NCBI RefSeq assembly: GCF_004010195.1
Contig: NC_057737.1
Span: forward strand, 14,128,511 to 14,192,510
DNA from: Chiloscyllium plagiosum
Taxonomy: Eukaryota
DNA length: 64,000 nt
Reading direction: 5' to 3'
The notes beneath the pieces are model-generated. The model saw nothing but the letters and a program-made list of their open reading frames with translations, was not told where the DNA came from and did not search any database. Shown piece after piece: positions 1 through 12,514 of the stretch; the first letter of the stretch is position 1, and the number at the start of each line of letters is the position of its first letter. The translations under genes were made by a program, and so were the position numbers.

Positions 1-127
1 ATGGGGGGGGAGAGAGTGGGGGAAGGGAGAGGGAAAAGATGTGCAGGAGGTTGAGATGGGGCGACGGGTGGGGGTGGGGAAGGCTTGCTTCTGTCTGTCT
101 GTCCCCGTCTTCAGTCTTTGCGTGTAC

Positions 128-324
128 CTCGGGTCTTCGAATTCTACGAAGGCAAACGGCGGGCCGCCGCGGCGGTTCTTCAGGTCGATGTCCCTGATGC
201 TGCCGTACTTGTAGAAGACGTCCTCGATGTCCTTGGTGCGGATGTCGGGCGGTAGATTGCCGACGTAGATCCGACAGTCGTTGTTGCCCGCCGGGCCCCG
301 GATCACGCCGCTGTGGTTCTGCAT
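128..324 (-). CDS. SRSF1: Serine/arginine-rich splicing factor 1, first coding exon (RRM1 N-terminal part); gene continues beyond the left edge
   Basis: Minus-strand translation [65 protein letters not shown](R) is near-identical to vertebrate SRSF1. ATG at 324; donor AG|GTACAC at 128/127 (phase 2). Confidence 0.97.
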
Positions 325-489
325 CCCGTTACCCTCCAGCCCGACGGTTGGCGAGACTCAAAAAAGGGGTCACGGTGGGGGGTAAAATCAAAAACCGTTT
401 GGTTTGAGGGAGAAATTTAAACCAAAATAAACGTAGACAAACGGAGTGGTTATTTTCGGATAAAAAAAAATCGCAAATGTCGGAGGACG

Positions 490-1050
490 ACGAAGGAAGT
501 GGATTGGCGCGATTTTCTTTTGAAGCACAACGTACGCGCTCAACCTGCCAGTGGACACACAGACACAACACACGCCGCAGAAAGATCGATGTCGAATAAA
601 ATGCGAGTTGTGTGTGCTTTTTTTTTCTAAAAAGGCGCTGTGTATATGATTGGAAGGAATCTCCCCAACTCTTGTCCGCCCCTTCCCGACACCAGATTAA
701 AATGGCGCCCACCTCGCTCCACACAAACCAACGGCACCAAGTAGTACCGCGGCGACTGCGCATGCCCATACCTCCCGACAAAGAGTTCCACCAACCCCTT
801 TCTTCACCTCTTTCCTCCGACACAACAAGTCCTTTCCCCCTGAGTCTCCGCGTATAGCTACATCGACGAACCGAGGGTCAACCGCGCTGTTCCCGCTCCT
901 CTCTTCCCTTCTCTTTTCTCTCGCTTCTCCGCCCCAAAGCTCGAACCCGCACTTCTCCCTCCGCGTCGGATGATTCACATCAGCGGCGGAGGGACAAGGC
1001 GTCCTGCCGGAAGCGATGGGGCGCTGACGTCACGGGATTTCGCGCGCACT
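490..1050 (-). promoter_or_regulatory. CpG-island promoter of SRSF1
   Basis: CpG-rich region. Motifs: ETS GGAAGT 495-500, CCAAT (ATTGG) 503-507 and 649-653, E2F-like TTGGCGCG 504-511, YY1-like AAAATGGCG 699-707, NRF1-like TGCGCATGC 757-765, CCGGAAG 1007-1013, CRE TGACGTCA 1025-1032, E2F TTTCGCGC 1038-1045. Confidence 0.75.
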
Positions 1051-1477
1051 TAGGACCTTTTGCACATACCCGTTCACTCACCTCTCTCCCTCCACCCACT
1101 GTTCCTCTACCACTCGCTCTTTCCCCCTTTCCTTCCCTCCCCCTCTATCCGCTCCTTTTGCACCACTTTATCCCCTCCCATCTCCCCACTCACGAACTTT
1201 TATTTTTGGGATTTCACACTGTCGTGTATTATACTGTTTGAGCTGCTACTGTTGTGTACCAACACTCAAGTTTTTGTTGAGTGATAAAGAGTGGAGCAAG
1301 AAGGGAAACAAAGCGTACAACTGTGGGTTTTAATTAAGCAACTACGTTATCTTCTTTTCACTGTGCGGTACCTTTTCGCTCATGAAGATTTTTGCACACG
1401 GAATGAAATTTGAGTACAGTAAAATCTTTGGAAGAGGCATCGCAGTAAGGTTAAAATCAAAATGTAGTTGTAATGAG

Positions 1478-1650
1478 GGATGATTTGAAGATGCCGGTGT
1501 TGGACTGGAGTGTACAAATCCATTCTGATGAAGGGCTTATGCCCGAAATGTCAATCTCCTGCTCCTCGAATGATACCTGACCTGCTGTGCTCTTCCAGCA
1601 CCACACTCTCGACTCTGATCTCCAGCATTTGCAGTCCTCACTTTCCCCTT
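1478..1650 (+). mobile_element. Penelope-like element terminal-repeat (pLTR) fragment carrying a hammerhead motif
   Basis: Same repeat end as at 9650-9750, 20911-21665 and 56365-56490 (GCTGTGCTTTTCCAGCACCACACT...TCCAGCATCTGCAGTCCTCACT). Confidence 0.7.
1522..1555 (+). ncRNA. Minimal type I hammerhead ribozyme motif
   Basis: ATT-CTGATGA-A-GGGC-TTAT-GCCC-GAAA-TGTC-AAT: core CUGAUGA and GAAA, 4-bp helix II, 3-bp helix I, GUC cleavage triplet. Confidence 0.7.
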
Positions 1651-2589
1651 CTGACTGAATAAGGCTACATGAGAACATATAGAATGGGAAAAGACTATTA
1701 TGCCTTATCTAGCCGGTTTCAGTGGTACAGACCGCTTGAGACGCATGCATTAAGACTCCATGCAGTAAGATAATGCTAATAATAATAATATTTGTGATAG
1801 GTTACTAGCTCAGGTCTTTCTTGCAAAGAGACTTATCTTCACTCTTGCTTTGCTGTTTGTAACCTTATATTACACTGTAGTGTAGACAATTATTTGTGGA
1901 ATTGTGACATGACAGTGCTGATGAAAAGTGGCAGGCCTCTCTTTGAGATAACATTACTGTGATATCATGTGAGTATATCATGTGGTAAATGCTTTCAATA
2001 TTTGGACAGTTTGTTATTGACAGTGTTATTTGGTCTTTTGTTGCCAATAATTATATATTAAAAAGCTAGTATATTTGTCCCATACAAAGTCAAACATTAA
2101 AAAGATTATACATCTACAAATGTTACTGACAGAATATTGCCTGATAACTAAATAGATGGAGCATTCCTAAGTAGAAAATGTTTTCCTAAATCCAACTTTT
2201 TATAACTAATTTTCAGTAAAGTGCTGTAGCAGGATGATCATAAATAATTTAAAAGTTTGGAACACTGTTGAAATTTTCAAGCATTAAGCATTATAACCAT
2301 TAAGGTTATAATGTGCAATCTTCTTGGGGTCTGAGCAACATGGGCTGTTGCAAGATTTGTGGCATAATCAGATAAGTATGTGAGGCCTGTCTCATTTTCA
2401 GGAGCATCTTGTTGCATCTTTCAGGCTTTGCCGAGTGGCAAGGCAAGTTTTTCATTAGGCAGCAGTGAGTTGTCAGCTGCGGTGATTGTAGCTGGTGAAA
2501 ATGCCTTACTAACCAGCCTAACTTGCCTCATTAATATCCAGCATCCTATTTTACCAAACAAGTTAGACATTGAGAATTATTAACATGAA

Positions 2590-2950
2590 AATCAGAGCAG
2601 GTACCTGGCAACGTCAGTTTGGTACTGGCTGCAAACAGCCTTCATATTGCTCAGAATCACACATCATCTCAGCATAATGCATGGGTACAAGCGACACGAA
2701 TATCCCTCCCCACACAGACATTGACATCTGACATTTGCTAACCCCCTTACAACCACCAAGGCATTTCTCCGATACACTTGCAAATGCTCAGGAAGCACAG
2801 ACTTGCATTGCAGAGTGCACTGGAAACATCATTCGGGACAGACCCATGCACTGTACAGGGCACAGTCCTGTGAAGTCCCAAAGTCCTGAACGTCCTAATC
2901 CATTGACTCCATGCTTTCTGTACACTTCCCTGCTGCAGATATCACTGACC
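2590..2950 (+). mobile_element. Possible highly decayed PIF/Harbinger transposase relic
   Basis: Translation LLTPLQPPRHFSDTLANAQEAQTCIAECTG...SPER loosely resembles the Harbinger DDE C-terminus (WLLTP...YNxAH...IERxFG...YSPE). Very degenerate. Confidence 0.3.
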
Positions 2951-4458
2951 ACCTCATTCACACCAACACTTTTGACACAGAGGCCAAAGGAAAGAGTAAA
3001 GATGCTGTAGAATGAGAGGCAATGGTGTCAGCAAGACTCATTGACCTGTATACGCCCTGTTCTGACAAATCACAGGGATGGTAGGGATGCTGAAACTGAC
3101 ATCAAGCTTTGGGTAAAAGTCCAAAAAAAAGTGTCAAGCAATGTTTATGTGCCTAATTATTATCATCAGCCCAGCTGGAGAGAGTGTTTATTTGACATTG
3201 GGCAAAGATGGCATTGAACTTGGCTGCAGTGTTCCAAGTTATTGGATAGCCTGCCAATGTCTTTGGCAGAGACCCGAAGATTTTCCACTTAGACACTAAC
3301 TGGTGCCCAGCAACTAAACAATGGCCAGCATCAAATAACAAATAGAGTGGCATCTGCAGGATCACTTATTTCAATAATCTGCACATTGTGTGTGTGTTGT
3401 TCATTTGCACAAGGTGTATTTTCTAAGCTGGAGGAAGCGGGAGGTGGCGTGTATGAACTGCAGCAGATATTTAAAAGGATGCCTGAACTAATAGGATGCA
3501 CTTTTATTTAAATTAGAGTTTAAATATTACTGTGCAACTTGGCTGCAAGAACTCTCATTAAACACAACTTGGAGCTTCAAATGAATTAGGCTTTCATAAG
3601 AAAAGTGATGATTTGGAGATGCTGGTGTTGGATTGGGGCATACAAAGTGCTTCCCAATAAACCTGTTCGACTATAACCTGGTGTTGTGTGATTTCTAACT
3701 TCAGAAAAGTGGCAATCTTTGGAGCTGAAGGTACAACCAAATAATGACTGTGGGTGGAACATAATGGTTCCAGCTTAGGAGGGTGGAGGGCCTGCTTGGT
3801 AGAAAGTGGTGGTGAGAGGCTAACCATCAGCTGGAAACCTCGTGGCAACCCTGATGTGGCAGTTTCCTGGAGACATGAGAGGCACTAATCTGATAAGTGC
3901 CAAGTGTGAGAGGAAATTGACCTTGAGAATCCTACTGGAGGGCAGATTTCCTGCCTCAAGAGAGCTGCCAGCCAATCAGTGGCCGATACCACATGGTGGC
4001 CTATACAGTGGAGAAAGGTGACTAGGACGTGTTCATTGGAACAAAACTGAGAGGTCTCATTGAAGAGGCCAATGGGGTAATCTCTAAAATGGCATAAAGG
4101 CCCAGAAGGAAAAATGATTAAACCTTGGCCTGATTTGTACATACTTCAAAATAGAGCTTCAGTATGAACAGTATGCATATTTCCATGTATTACACATTTT
4201 CTTACTGCTTTCTCCCTCCAGAATAGTTTGTTCCCTGGGTTCATCTGTTCCCACACATGCGTATCTCCATCAGGCCTAACAGTATGATCCATCTACCAGT
4301 GCCGAGGCCTGCGGTTTTTCTGGTTATAAGCTTGTGTGGTGTGGCCCATACCCATTGCTCATTAATTTGTTTTATTCACGCATGGGACATGGGTGACACT
4401 GGGTCAACATTTATTGCCTGTTGTTGTGGTTCTGTTCGCCGAGCTGGAAATTTTTGTT

Positions 4459-4498
4459 GCAAATGTTTCGTCCCCTGTTTACGTGACATCCTCAGTGC
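4459..4498 (-). ncRNA. Hammerhead ribozyme motif (left arm)
   Basis: GCA-CTGAGGA-T-GTCAC-GTAAACAG-GGGAC-GAAA-CATT-TGC on the minus strand. Confidence 0.6.
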
Positions 4499-4879
4499 TT
4501 GGTAGCCTCCTGTGAAGCGCTTCTGTGGTGTTTCCTCCGGCATTTATAGTGGCCTGTCCCTGCCGCTTCCGGTTGTCAGTTTCAGCTGTCCGCTGTAGTG
4601 GCCGGTATATTGGGTCCAGGTCGATGTGTTTGTTGATGGAGTTTGTGGATGAGTGCCATGCTTCTAGGAATTCCCTGGCTGTTCTTTGTTTGGCTTGCCC
4701 TATAATGGTAGTGTTGTCCCAGTCTAATTCATGTTGCTTGTCGTCGGCGTGTATATTGTAGTAGCCAATATACCGGCCACTACAGCGGACAGCTGAAACT
4801 GACAACCGGAAGCGGCAGGGACAGGCCACTATAAATGCCGGAGGAAACACCACAGAAGCGCTTCACAGGAGGCTCCCAA

Positions 4880-4919
4880 GCACTGAGGATGTCACCGAGA
4901 CAGGGGACGAAATGTTTGC
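4880..4919 (+). ncRNA. Hammerhead ribozyme motif (right arm)
   Basis: GCA-CTGAGGA-T-GTCACC-GAGACA-GGGGAC-GAAA-TGTT-TGC; helix I is GCA/TGC. Confidence 0.65.
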
Positions 4920-7819
4920 AACAAAAATTTCCAGCTCGGCGAACAGAACCACAACAATGAGCACCCGAGCTACAAATCTTCACCCAAACATTTATTGCCT
5001 GTCCCTAGCTGCCCTTGAGCAGATGGTGGTGAGCTGCTTTCCTGAACCACCACAGTCCACATGCTGTAGGTAGACTGACCATACCATTAGGGACAGAGTT
5101 CCAGGATTTTGACCCAGTAATAGTGGAGGAGCAGTGATTTTGTTTCCACGTCAGAATGACCTGGAGGGGAACTTGCAGATGGTGGTGTCACCATGTACCT
5201 CCTGCCCTTGTGCTCCCAGATGCTAGTGGTCATGGGTTTGGAAAATGCCATCTACAGATCTTTGGCAAATTATTGCAGTACGTCTTGTATATTGTTCACA
5301 CTGCTGCTACTGAACGTTGGTGGTGGAGTGACTAAATGTTTGTGGATGTGATGTCAAACAAATGGGTCTACTTTGTCCTGGATAGTGTCAAGCTTATTGA
5401 GTGTTGTTGGAGCTGTACTCATCCAGGCAAGTCGGACTATTCCATCACGCTGCTGACTTGTGCCTTGTAGATAGTGCACAGGTTGTGGAGAGTCAGGAAG
5501 TGAGTTACTCACTGCAAGATTCCTAGACTTTCACCTGCTCTTGTAGCCACTGTGTTTATGTGGTGAATCCAGTTGAGTTTCTGGTCACTGGTAACCCCAA
5601 GATGTTGATAATGGGGGATTCAGTGATGGTAATGTCATTGATTGTCAAGGTGTGATGGTTAGATTGTCTCTTATTGAGGATGTTCATTGTCTGGTACTTG
5701 TGTGGTACAAATGTTACTTGCCACTTTTCAACTCCAGCCTGGCTATTGCCCAGGTTTTGCGGCATTTGGACATGGACTGCCATGGACATGGAAAGTCTTT
5801 TGGTTATGTGTGTAAGTAAAGTATATGGGTTCGTCCACTGATACTCTCGATGCTTTTAAAGAAAGGTGGCACCACAGAAAATGGCATGCTTTATCACCTC
5901 CCTCTCTCCCTACGTCTCCCTCAACTTTGGTGTTATTGCATTGTTGTTAATGGGCTTTGCATGTAAATTAATCAATTGGAACACATGGGGTTTAGTGGTG
6001 GTTAATAGAGGAAACATACCATGGGTGATTTGGGCATAGGAGAAAAGCTGTTCAGTTATTTGTGATAACACTTCTGCAAACAATAGAAAAGAGAAATAGA
6101 GATCTGTTCTTCTTCCCTTTCCAACTCCATTTTGATTTAGACCTGGCCCTCTCATCCTACCTCTCCCTTGGTGGTAATGAATTTCCCTTAATGGGCTTTG
6201 CACATAAATTGATTAATAGGAAATAGGGTGATTTAGTGGTGGTGGTAAAGGTAAAGTTGTCATACTCTTGCCAGACCATAGGGCTGCTATCTCATTAGAC
6301 AGAAATGACTGGTGGTGTTTTAAACTGAGAGTCACTCTGCCTCAGGCGAGGGGAGAATTTGAAAAGGAGAGTCTTCCATGGTGATCTCAGCCAGTGTAGG
6401 AATTGAAGCCACGCTGTTGGTGTAATTCTGCATTGCAAACCAGCCATTGGTAGATATAAGTACCATGGGTGATTTGGTGGTTGAAAAGAGCACTTCTGGA
6501 TATAAAAAGAAATTAAAAATAAAAAAGTTGCGTTCCTTGGCCTCTTATGGTGCAGCAGAGATACCCTTACCATTGAGCAACGGGGCCTAGGTTCATGTCT
6601 CACTTGTTTCAGAGGTGTGTAATATCATCTATATGGGGCTTTTTAGAAATCTAATAAAAAGAGCTGGGTTCTTCCCAGTTGGGAAGTTGGCTTCTGGACA
6701 GGGAAAAGATGAAAACTGATGTTTATGTCTACAGATTTACAATAAAATCCTTGAAACTCTTTGAGAATCTTCTGCTGCGTATTCAACATATGCATATTGT
6801 ACTGTTAAACATTGAATGGTTTGGCAAGAAAGAGATTACTCAGTAGCTTGATGTTTAGCAAACAAAATTAACATCAATCTAAAACTGTTCATAAAAGATG
6901 GTTCAGAAATTCATCCTAGAGAGATGCTGGCAGATAAAGTCCCAGACCCAAACCCCAATAGATTTGTTTTGTTCCTTGGCACGTAGTTGTCAGGACCCAC
7001 CCCCGCTTGTTTCCAAACTATTTTGTCTTTTCATTTTCTCTCTTGAAACAAAGATAAAAGAAGTAGACTGCATTTAAATAATCTTTTATGCCCTCAAAAT
7101 GTCCTGCTTTATAACCAGTCAACTGATGACTCGGATAGGATCACCTGTCCACCTTTGGAGATTCATTAAACTGGTTATTCTTCATATGTGAACAAAGATT
7201 AATTGAACTGCATTTTTCTGGTGGAGTTAGCATATCTGGTTTAGTATGTTAATACACCACAATATTGTGATTTTGTTGCGACAAATAATTTGCTTGTTTT
7301 GTTAAGGTTCCTAAAATTTCTCTGGGCTACTTCAATGTTTCTCAGAGATCCACAGACCTTGGTGGTTTGTGACACTTGCCAGAATACTTGCATGAATGGT
7401 GGCTGGAGGTGGGTTGAATGTGGGATAGAAGCTTGGCTATCATGTGTCTGAGCAGAGGGGCCTGGCTGTCTCATCGCAGAGGGAAATCCACATGGAATAG
7501 TGTCAATTGCCAGGTAGACTCACAGGTGAGATCAGCCTCATTTGAGAAAAGAAAGTTCTGTGCTACTTAAACTCAAAGAATGGGCACAAAATACATGTTT
7601 GCCAATGTGTTGTATAGTATTGAGTTAAAGCTGGTGCATCAGAGATCATTGATTCAATTTAAAAAAAGTTTTTCAATTAGAAACGGTTGAGAACCACTGA
7701 TCTAGGTTAGTGGATGTTAATCAGCATCAGCAACCCTTGATCAACCGAGATAAAGCCCATGGATTAAATCTAAACTCTGCAGTCCCCCCAAATTCAATCT
7801 TGAGTGGTTGTGGATAATT

Positions 7820-9195
7820 AAACAACTAACTGAAGAAGGATGATCCACAAATATCTCCATCCTCATTGACGAGAGAGTCCAACACGTCAGAAAAGAATGA
7901 AGCATTTCCAACCATCTTCAGCCAGAAGTGCAAAGTGGATGATCTATCTCCGCCTCCTTCAGAGGTGCCCAGCATCACAAATGCTACTATTCTGCCAATT
8001 TGATTCACTCCACCTGATATCAAGAAATTGTTGGCGGCACTAGATAATACAAAGTAATTGGCCTTGGCAACATTCTGGCATTCTACTCAAGATTTGCGCT
8101 CCAGAACCACCCGTGCTACTAGCCAAGTTGTTCTAATACAGCTAAACATTGTCTTCTATGCAACAATGTAGAACATTGTCTGGGTATATATCCTGTTGAC
8201 AAAAGTAGGATAAATCTACCTGACCAGTTTCAGCCTCATCTGTCTGCCCTCTAATCATCAACATCAAATGCCAAGTACTCAGTAATGACTTGCTCACTGA
8301 CACTCAGTTTAGGCTCCATTAGGGCTAGTCGGCTCCTGATCTCATTGCAGCTTTGGGCCAAATATGGAAAAAGTGGTGAACTCAAGAGATAAGGTGACAG
8401 TGACTGCCCTTGACATCAAGGCTACATTTGACCAATTTGACCAATTGAAGAGTTCATTGGGATTGTGGAGAAACCCTCTGTGGTTTGAGTTACATCTAGC
8501 GCAAAAGAAGACTGTTGTAGTTATTGTAAGTCAGTCATTTCAGTAGTAGGATAGCTCTGGAGCAGTTCCTCATGGTAGATATTTTTAATCAACCTGTTCC
8601 AGTTCTTAGGTCCAACTATTTCAGCTGCTTCATCAATTACCTTCCCTCCAAAATAATGTCAGAAGTGGGAATGTTTGCTGATGATTGTGCAGTGTTCACC
8701 AACATTTATGACCCCTCAGATAGTGAAGCAGTTCATATCAATATTCAACAAGACCTGGACAATGTTCAGTGTTGGGCTGATGAGGGGCAGATAGCTTTTG
8801 CACTACACAAGTGCCAGGCGATAACCACCTCAACAAAACATAATCTAACCATCTCTCCTTGTCTCTCAATGGCATTATCATCATTGAATCCTTCTTGACA
8901 TACTGTGATTAGCATTGACCAGAAACCAAAATGAACCGACCATGTGACTACTATGGCACAAGAGCAGTTTAGCAGACTGGGAGTTCTGTGGTAAGTAACA
9001 TACTTCCTAACTTCCCAAAGCTTGTCCAGCATCTACAAGTCTAAGGTCAGGAAGACAGAATACTCATCACTTGCCTGAAATGAGTGCAGCACACAAAATA
9101 ATCTCAACACCATCAAGGGCAAAACAACTGCTTGGCATTAATAAACGCTGAACTACCGAGCCAGCAAAACCCATATCTGTGAATGAGTAAAAAAA
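7820..9195 (+). mobile_element. Decayed L2/CR1-group LINE (RT region to 3' end)
   Basis: RT motifs VTALDIKATFD, FSCFINYLP and MFADDC, with stops and frameshifts. Confidence 0.75.
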
Positions 9196-9649
9196 ATTGA
9201 TGAGTTTGGCAATAAGGTTGTTTGTCAAAAAGTATGGTGCTGGAAAAGCACAGCAGGTCAGACAGCATCCGAGGAGCGGAAGAGTTTATTTGACTTGTTA
9301 AGCAGCAATCAAAAGCAAATAAATAAATTTACACATGCTTGCCTTCAAGTCCAAAATAGGGGTAACGCTAAAGTGAAACTGAAAAACCAAAACAGTCAGC
9401 ATGGGTTAAAGTTGTAACCAGAGTTTTCTAGTTTGTAGCTTTGAGTTCCAAAACACAAGGGAATTGCTTAGAGAAGAGCTGCAATGAAGATTATAGCACA
9501 GAGGGAGACTGTTCTGCCTAATGCTGTTTCACTGTGAACAATTTGCTTATTCTCTCCCTCACCCTTTCTCCAGAGTCCTGCATTTAATTTCTTTATAGAT
9601 AACTATCCCGTTCCTATTTGAAAGTCATGACTGAATCTGGTGCCGTAGA

Positions 9650-9752
9650 CATCTATGTCGAGAGTGTGGTGCTAGAAAAGCGCAGCAGGTCAGGCAGCAT
9701 CTGAGGAGCAGGAGAATTGACGTTTCGGGCATAAGCCCTTCCTCAGGAATGA
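9650..9752 (-). mobile_element. Penelope-like pLTR fragment with a hammerhead motif (9719-9746)
   Basis: Minus strand CTGAGGA-A-GGGC-TTAT-GCCC-GAAA-CGTC, followed by the same tail as 1553-1620. Confidence 0.75.
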
Positions 9753-9931
9753 ACGTAGAGAGAGGAGACCTTCTTCAAGGTTTGCATCCTTGGAAGAGGC
9801 TTCGCAGTAGTGGTGAAGGGCTCAGTCTTCACTTTCGCCGTAGATATCTATGCCAAAGATTTTCTTTTTCCTCAGCTGCATTTATTGCTAAGAGGATGCA
9901 CTCACTGCCCAATCAGTTGCATTGCATATAA

Positions 9932-11548
9932 CATAGAGATGTACAGCATGGAAACAGACCCTTCGGTCCAACCCGTCCATGCCAACCAGATATCCCAACT
10001 CAATCTAGTCCCACCTGCCAGCACCCAACCCATATCCCTCCGAACCCTTTCTATTCATATACCCATCAGATGCCTCTTAAATGTTGCAATTGTACCTGCC
10101 TCCACCACATCCTCTTGGAGCTCATTCCATACACGCACCTCCCTCTGCGTGAAAAAGTTACCCCTTAGGTTTCTTTTATATCTTTCCCCGCTCACCCTAA
10201 ACCGATGCCCTCTAGTTCTGGACTCCCCCACCCTAGAGAAAATACTTTGCCTATTTATCCTTTCCATGTCCCTCATGATTTTATAACCCTTCAGCCTCTG
10301 ACACTCCAGGGAAAACAGCCCCAGCCTATTTAACCTCTGCCTGTAGCTCAAGTCCTCCAACCCTGGCAACATCCTTGTAAATCTTTTTTGCACCCTTTCA
10401 AGTTTTACAAGATCTTTCCAATAGGAAGAAGACCAGAATTGCATGCAATATTCCAACAGTGGCCTAACCAATGCCCTGTACAGCCGCAACATGACCTCCC
10501 AACCCCTGTACTCAATACTCTGACCAATATTTCTTCACTATCCTATCTACCTGCGACTCCACTTTCAAGGAGCTATGAACCTGCACTCCAAGGTCTCTTT
10601 GTTCAGCATCACTCCCTAGGACCTTACCATTAAGTGTATAAGTCCTGCTAAAATTTGCTTTCCCAAAATGCAGCACCTCGTATTTATTTAAATTAAACTC
10701 CATCTGCCACTTCTTAGCCCATTGGCCCATCTGGTCAAGATCCCATTGTAATCTGAGGTAACCTTCTTCACTGTCCACTACACCTCCAATTTTAGTGTCA
10801 TCTGCAAACTTACTAACTATGCCTCTTATACTCGCATCCAAATCATTTATATGAATGACAAAAAGTAGTGGACCCAGCACTGATCCTTGTGGCACTTCAC
10901 TGGTCACAGGCCTCCAGTCTGAAAAACAACCCTCCATGTCCACCCTCTGTCTTCTACCTTTGAGCCAGTTTTGTATCCAAATGGCTAGTTCTCCCTGTAT
11001 TCCATGAGATCTAATCTTGCTAACCAGTCTGTCATGGGGAATGTTGTTGAATGCCTTACAGAAGTCCATATAGATCATGTCTATAAAACTTTGGTTAGAC
11101 CGCACTTGGAATACTGGTCGCCCTATGTACTGTTCTATGTTCTATGTCTACAGTTCTGCCCTCATCAATCCTCTTTGTTTCTTCTTCAAAAAACTCAATC
11201 AAGTTTGTGAGACATGATTTCCCATGCACAAAGCCATGTTGACTATCCCTAATAAGTCCTTGCCTTTCCACATACATGTACTCCTGTCTCTCAGGATTTC
11301 CTCCAACAACTTGCCCATCACGGACATCAGGCTCATTGGTCTATAGTTCCTTGGCTCGTCATAGAGATGTACAGCATGGAAACAGACCCTTCGGTCCAAC
11401 CTGTCCATGCCGACCAGATTTCCCAACCCAATCTAGTCCCACCTGCCAGCACCCGGCCTATTGTCCTTACCACTTTTCTTAAATAGTGGCACCACATTAG
11501 CCAATCTCCAGACTCCCAGCACCTCACCTGTGACTATCGATGATACAT
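9932..11548 (-). mobile_element. CR1-type LINE (HER1-like), RT and 3' end, with two small nested CR1 tail pieces
   Basis: [56 protein letters not shown]. Nested tails at about 11083-11150 and 11358-11460. Confidence 0.9.
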
Positions 11549-12240
11549 CACTGCTGAATGGAGAGCAGAATGGGACTGGCAAGTGGGAAGTGGGAGAGCT
11601 GAGGGAAGGAGGACCAAATACCAGAGCTGTGAGTGGAGTGAGGATAGCAGGGGTTCTTTGAACCAGTGATGCCATTCACACTGTGTGAATGCACCCTCTA
11701 TTGTAGCCATGTGACAGCAGTACCATTTGCGGCTGTGGCTGTCTTTACCACCCATCTCAGGGTTGGCAACATGTCATCTGTTTTTCCTCAAGTTGGCTTT
11801 TAATGATTTTGCTATTTGCCTTAAATTGATATCCCCTGATTCTCAACCTTCTGCTACTGGGGACAGATTTTCTATTTATTCTGTAAAGTCCAGGCCCCTC
11901 ATTATTTTGAACTACTCTTTCAAATTTACTCTAAACATTCTCTTCTCTCAGGATAACAGACCCAAGTAATTGATCCACAGAACTGTAGTCCCTCATTTGT
12001 GAAACCACAGTCATGAATGTTTTCTGCATCATACGAATGCCTTCACATACTCCCTAATGTGTGGTGTGGAACACAATACTCCAGCTGAGGCTTAATCGGT
12101 GTTTGTAAAGATTACAAGTAAAATGCTGGAAATCCGAAACAAGCACAGTCCTGAAGAAGTGTCATACCAGACTTGAAATGTTAACTCATTTTCTCTCTCT
12201 ACAAATGCTGCCAAACCTGCTTAGTATTTCCAGTTTTCTC

Positions 12241-12344
12241 CTTTTTCATGTATAAATGTTCATTATCACTTTTTTCCTTTGGTATGCCTCTACTTTTGCA
12301 TGTATAAATGTTCATTATCACTTTTTTCCTTTGGTATGCCTCTA
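12241..12344 (+). repeat. 52-bp direct tandem duplication
   Basis: CTTTT(T/G)CATGTATAAATGTTCATTATCACTTTTTTCCTTTGGTATGCCTCTA, two copies. Confidence 0.9.
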
Positions 12345-12514
12345 CCTACCCTGCTGACTTCATTATTGCTCCAATCTCGCACCCAGTTTTGAATTGTATC
12401 CTTTTTCGGACTTCATTTTGCATTAAAATATATTACCTCACATTTCTTTAACTTTCATCTGTTACATGCTCACCCATTCGACCAAGTCATCTATATTCTC
12501 ATCTAGGCTGTCAC

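Larger units (their letters stand above)
4422..4986. mobile_element. Penelope-like retroelement insertion: GIY-YIG C-terminal fragment with an inverted pLTR and a 16-bp target site duplication (TSD)
   Basis: Minus-strand peptide HADDKQHELDWDNTTIIGQAKQRTAREFLEAWHSSTNSINKHIDLDPIY. Inverted arms of 193 bp at 4421-4613 and 4765-4957. TSD AACATTTATTGCCTGT at 4406-4421 and 4987-5002. Confidence 0.85.
4370..5790 (-). mobile_element. Old L2/CR1-group LINE 3' fragment, interrupted by the Penelope-like insertion
   Basis: Minus-strand remnant EKWQVTFVPHKYQTMNI...ITESPIINILG. Similar to the repeats at 7820-9190 and 60260-60900. Confidence 0.65.

Noticed and set aside
329-978. ORFs of 61-164 aa over the SRSF1 promoter
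   Set aside because: No recognisable protein. They are a by-product of GC-rich sequence; the real coding exon is 128-324.
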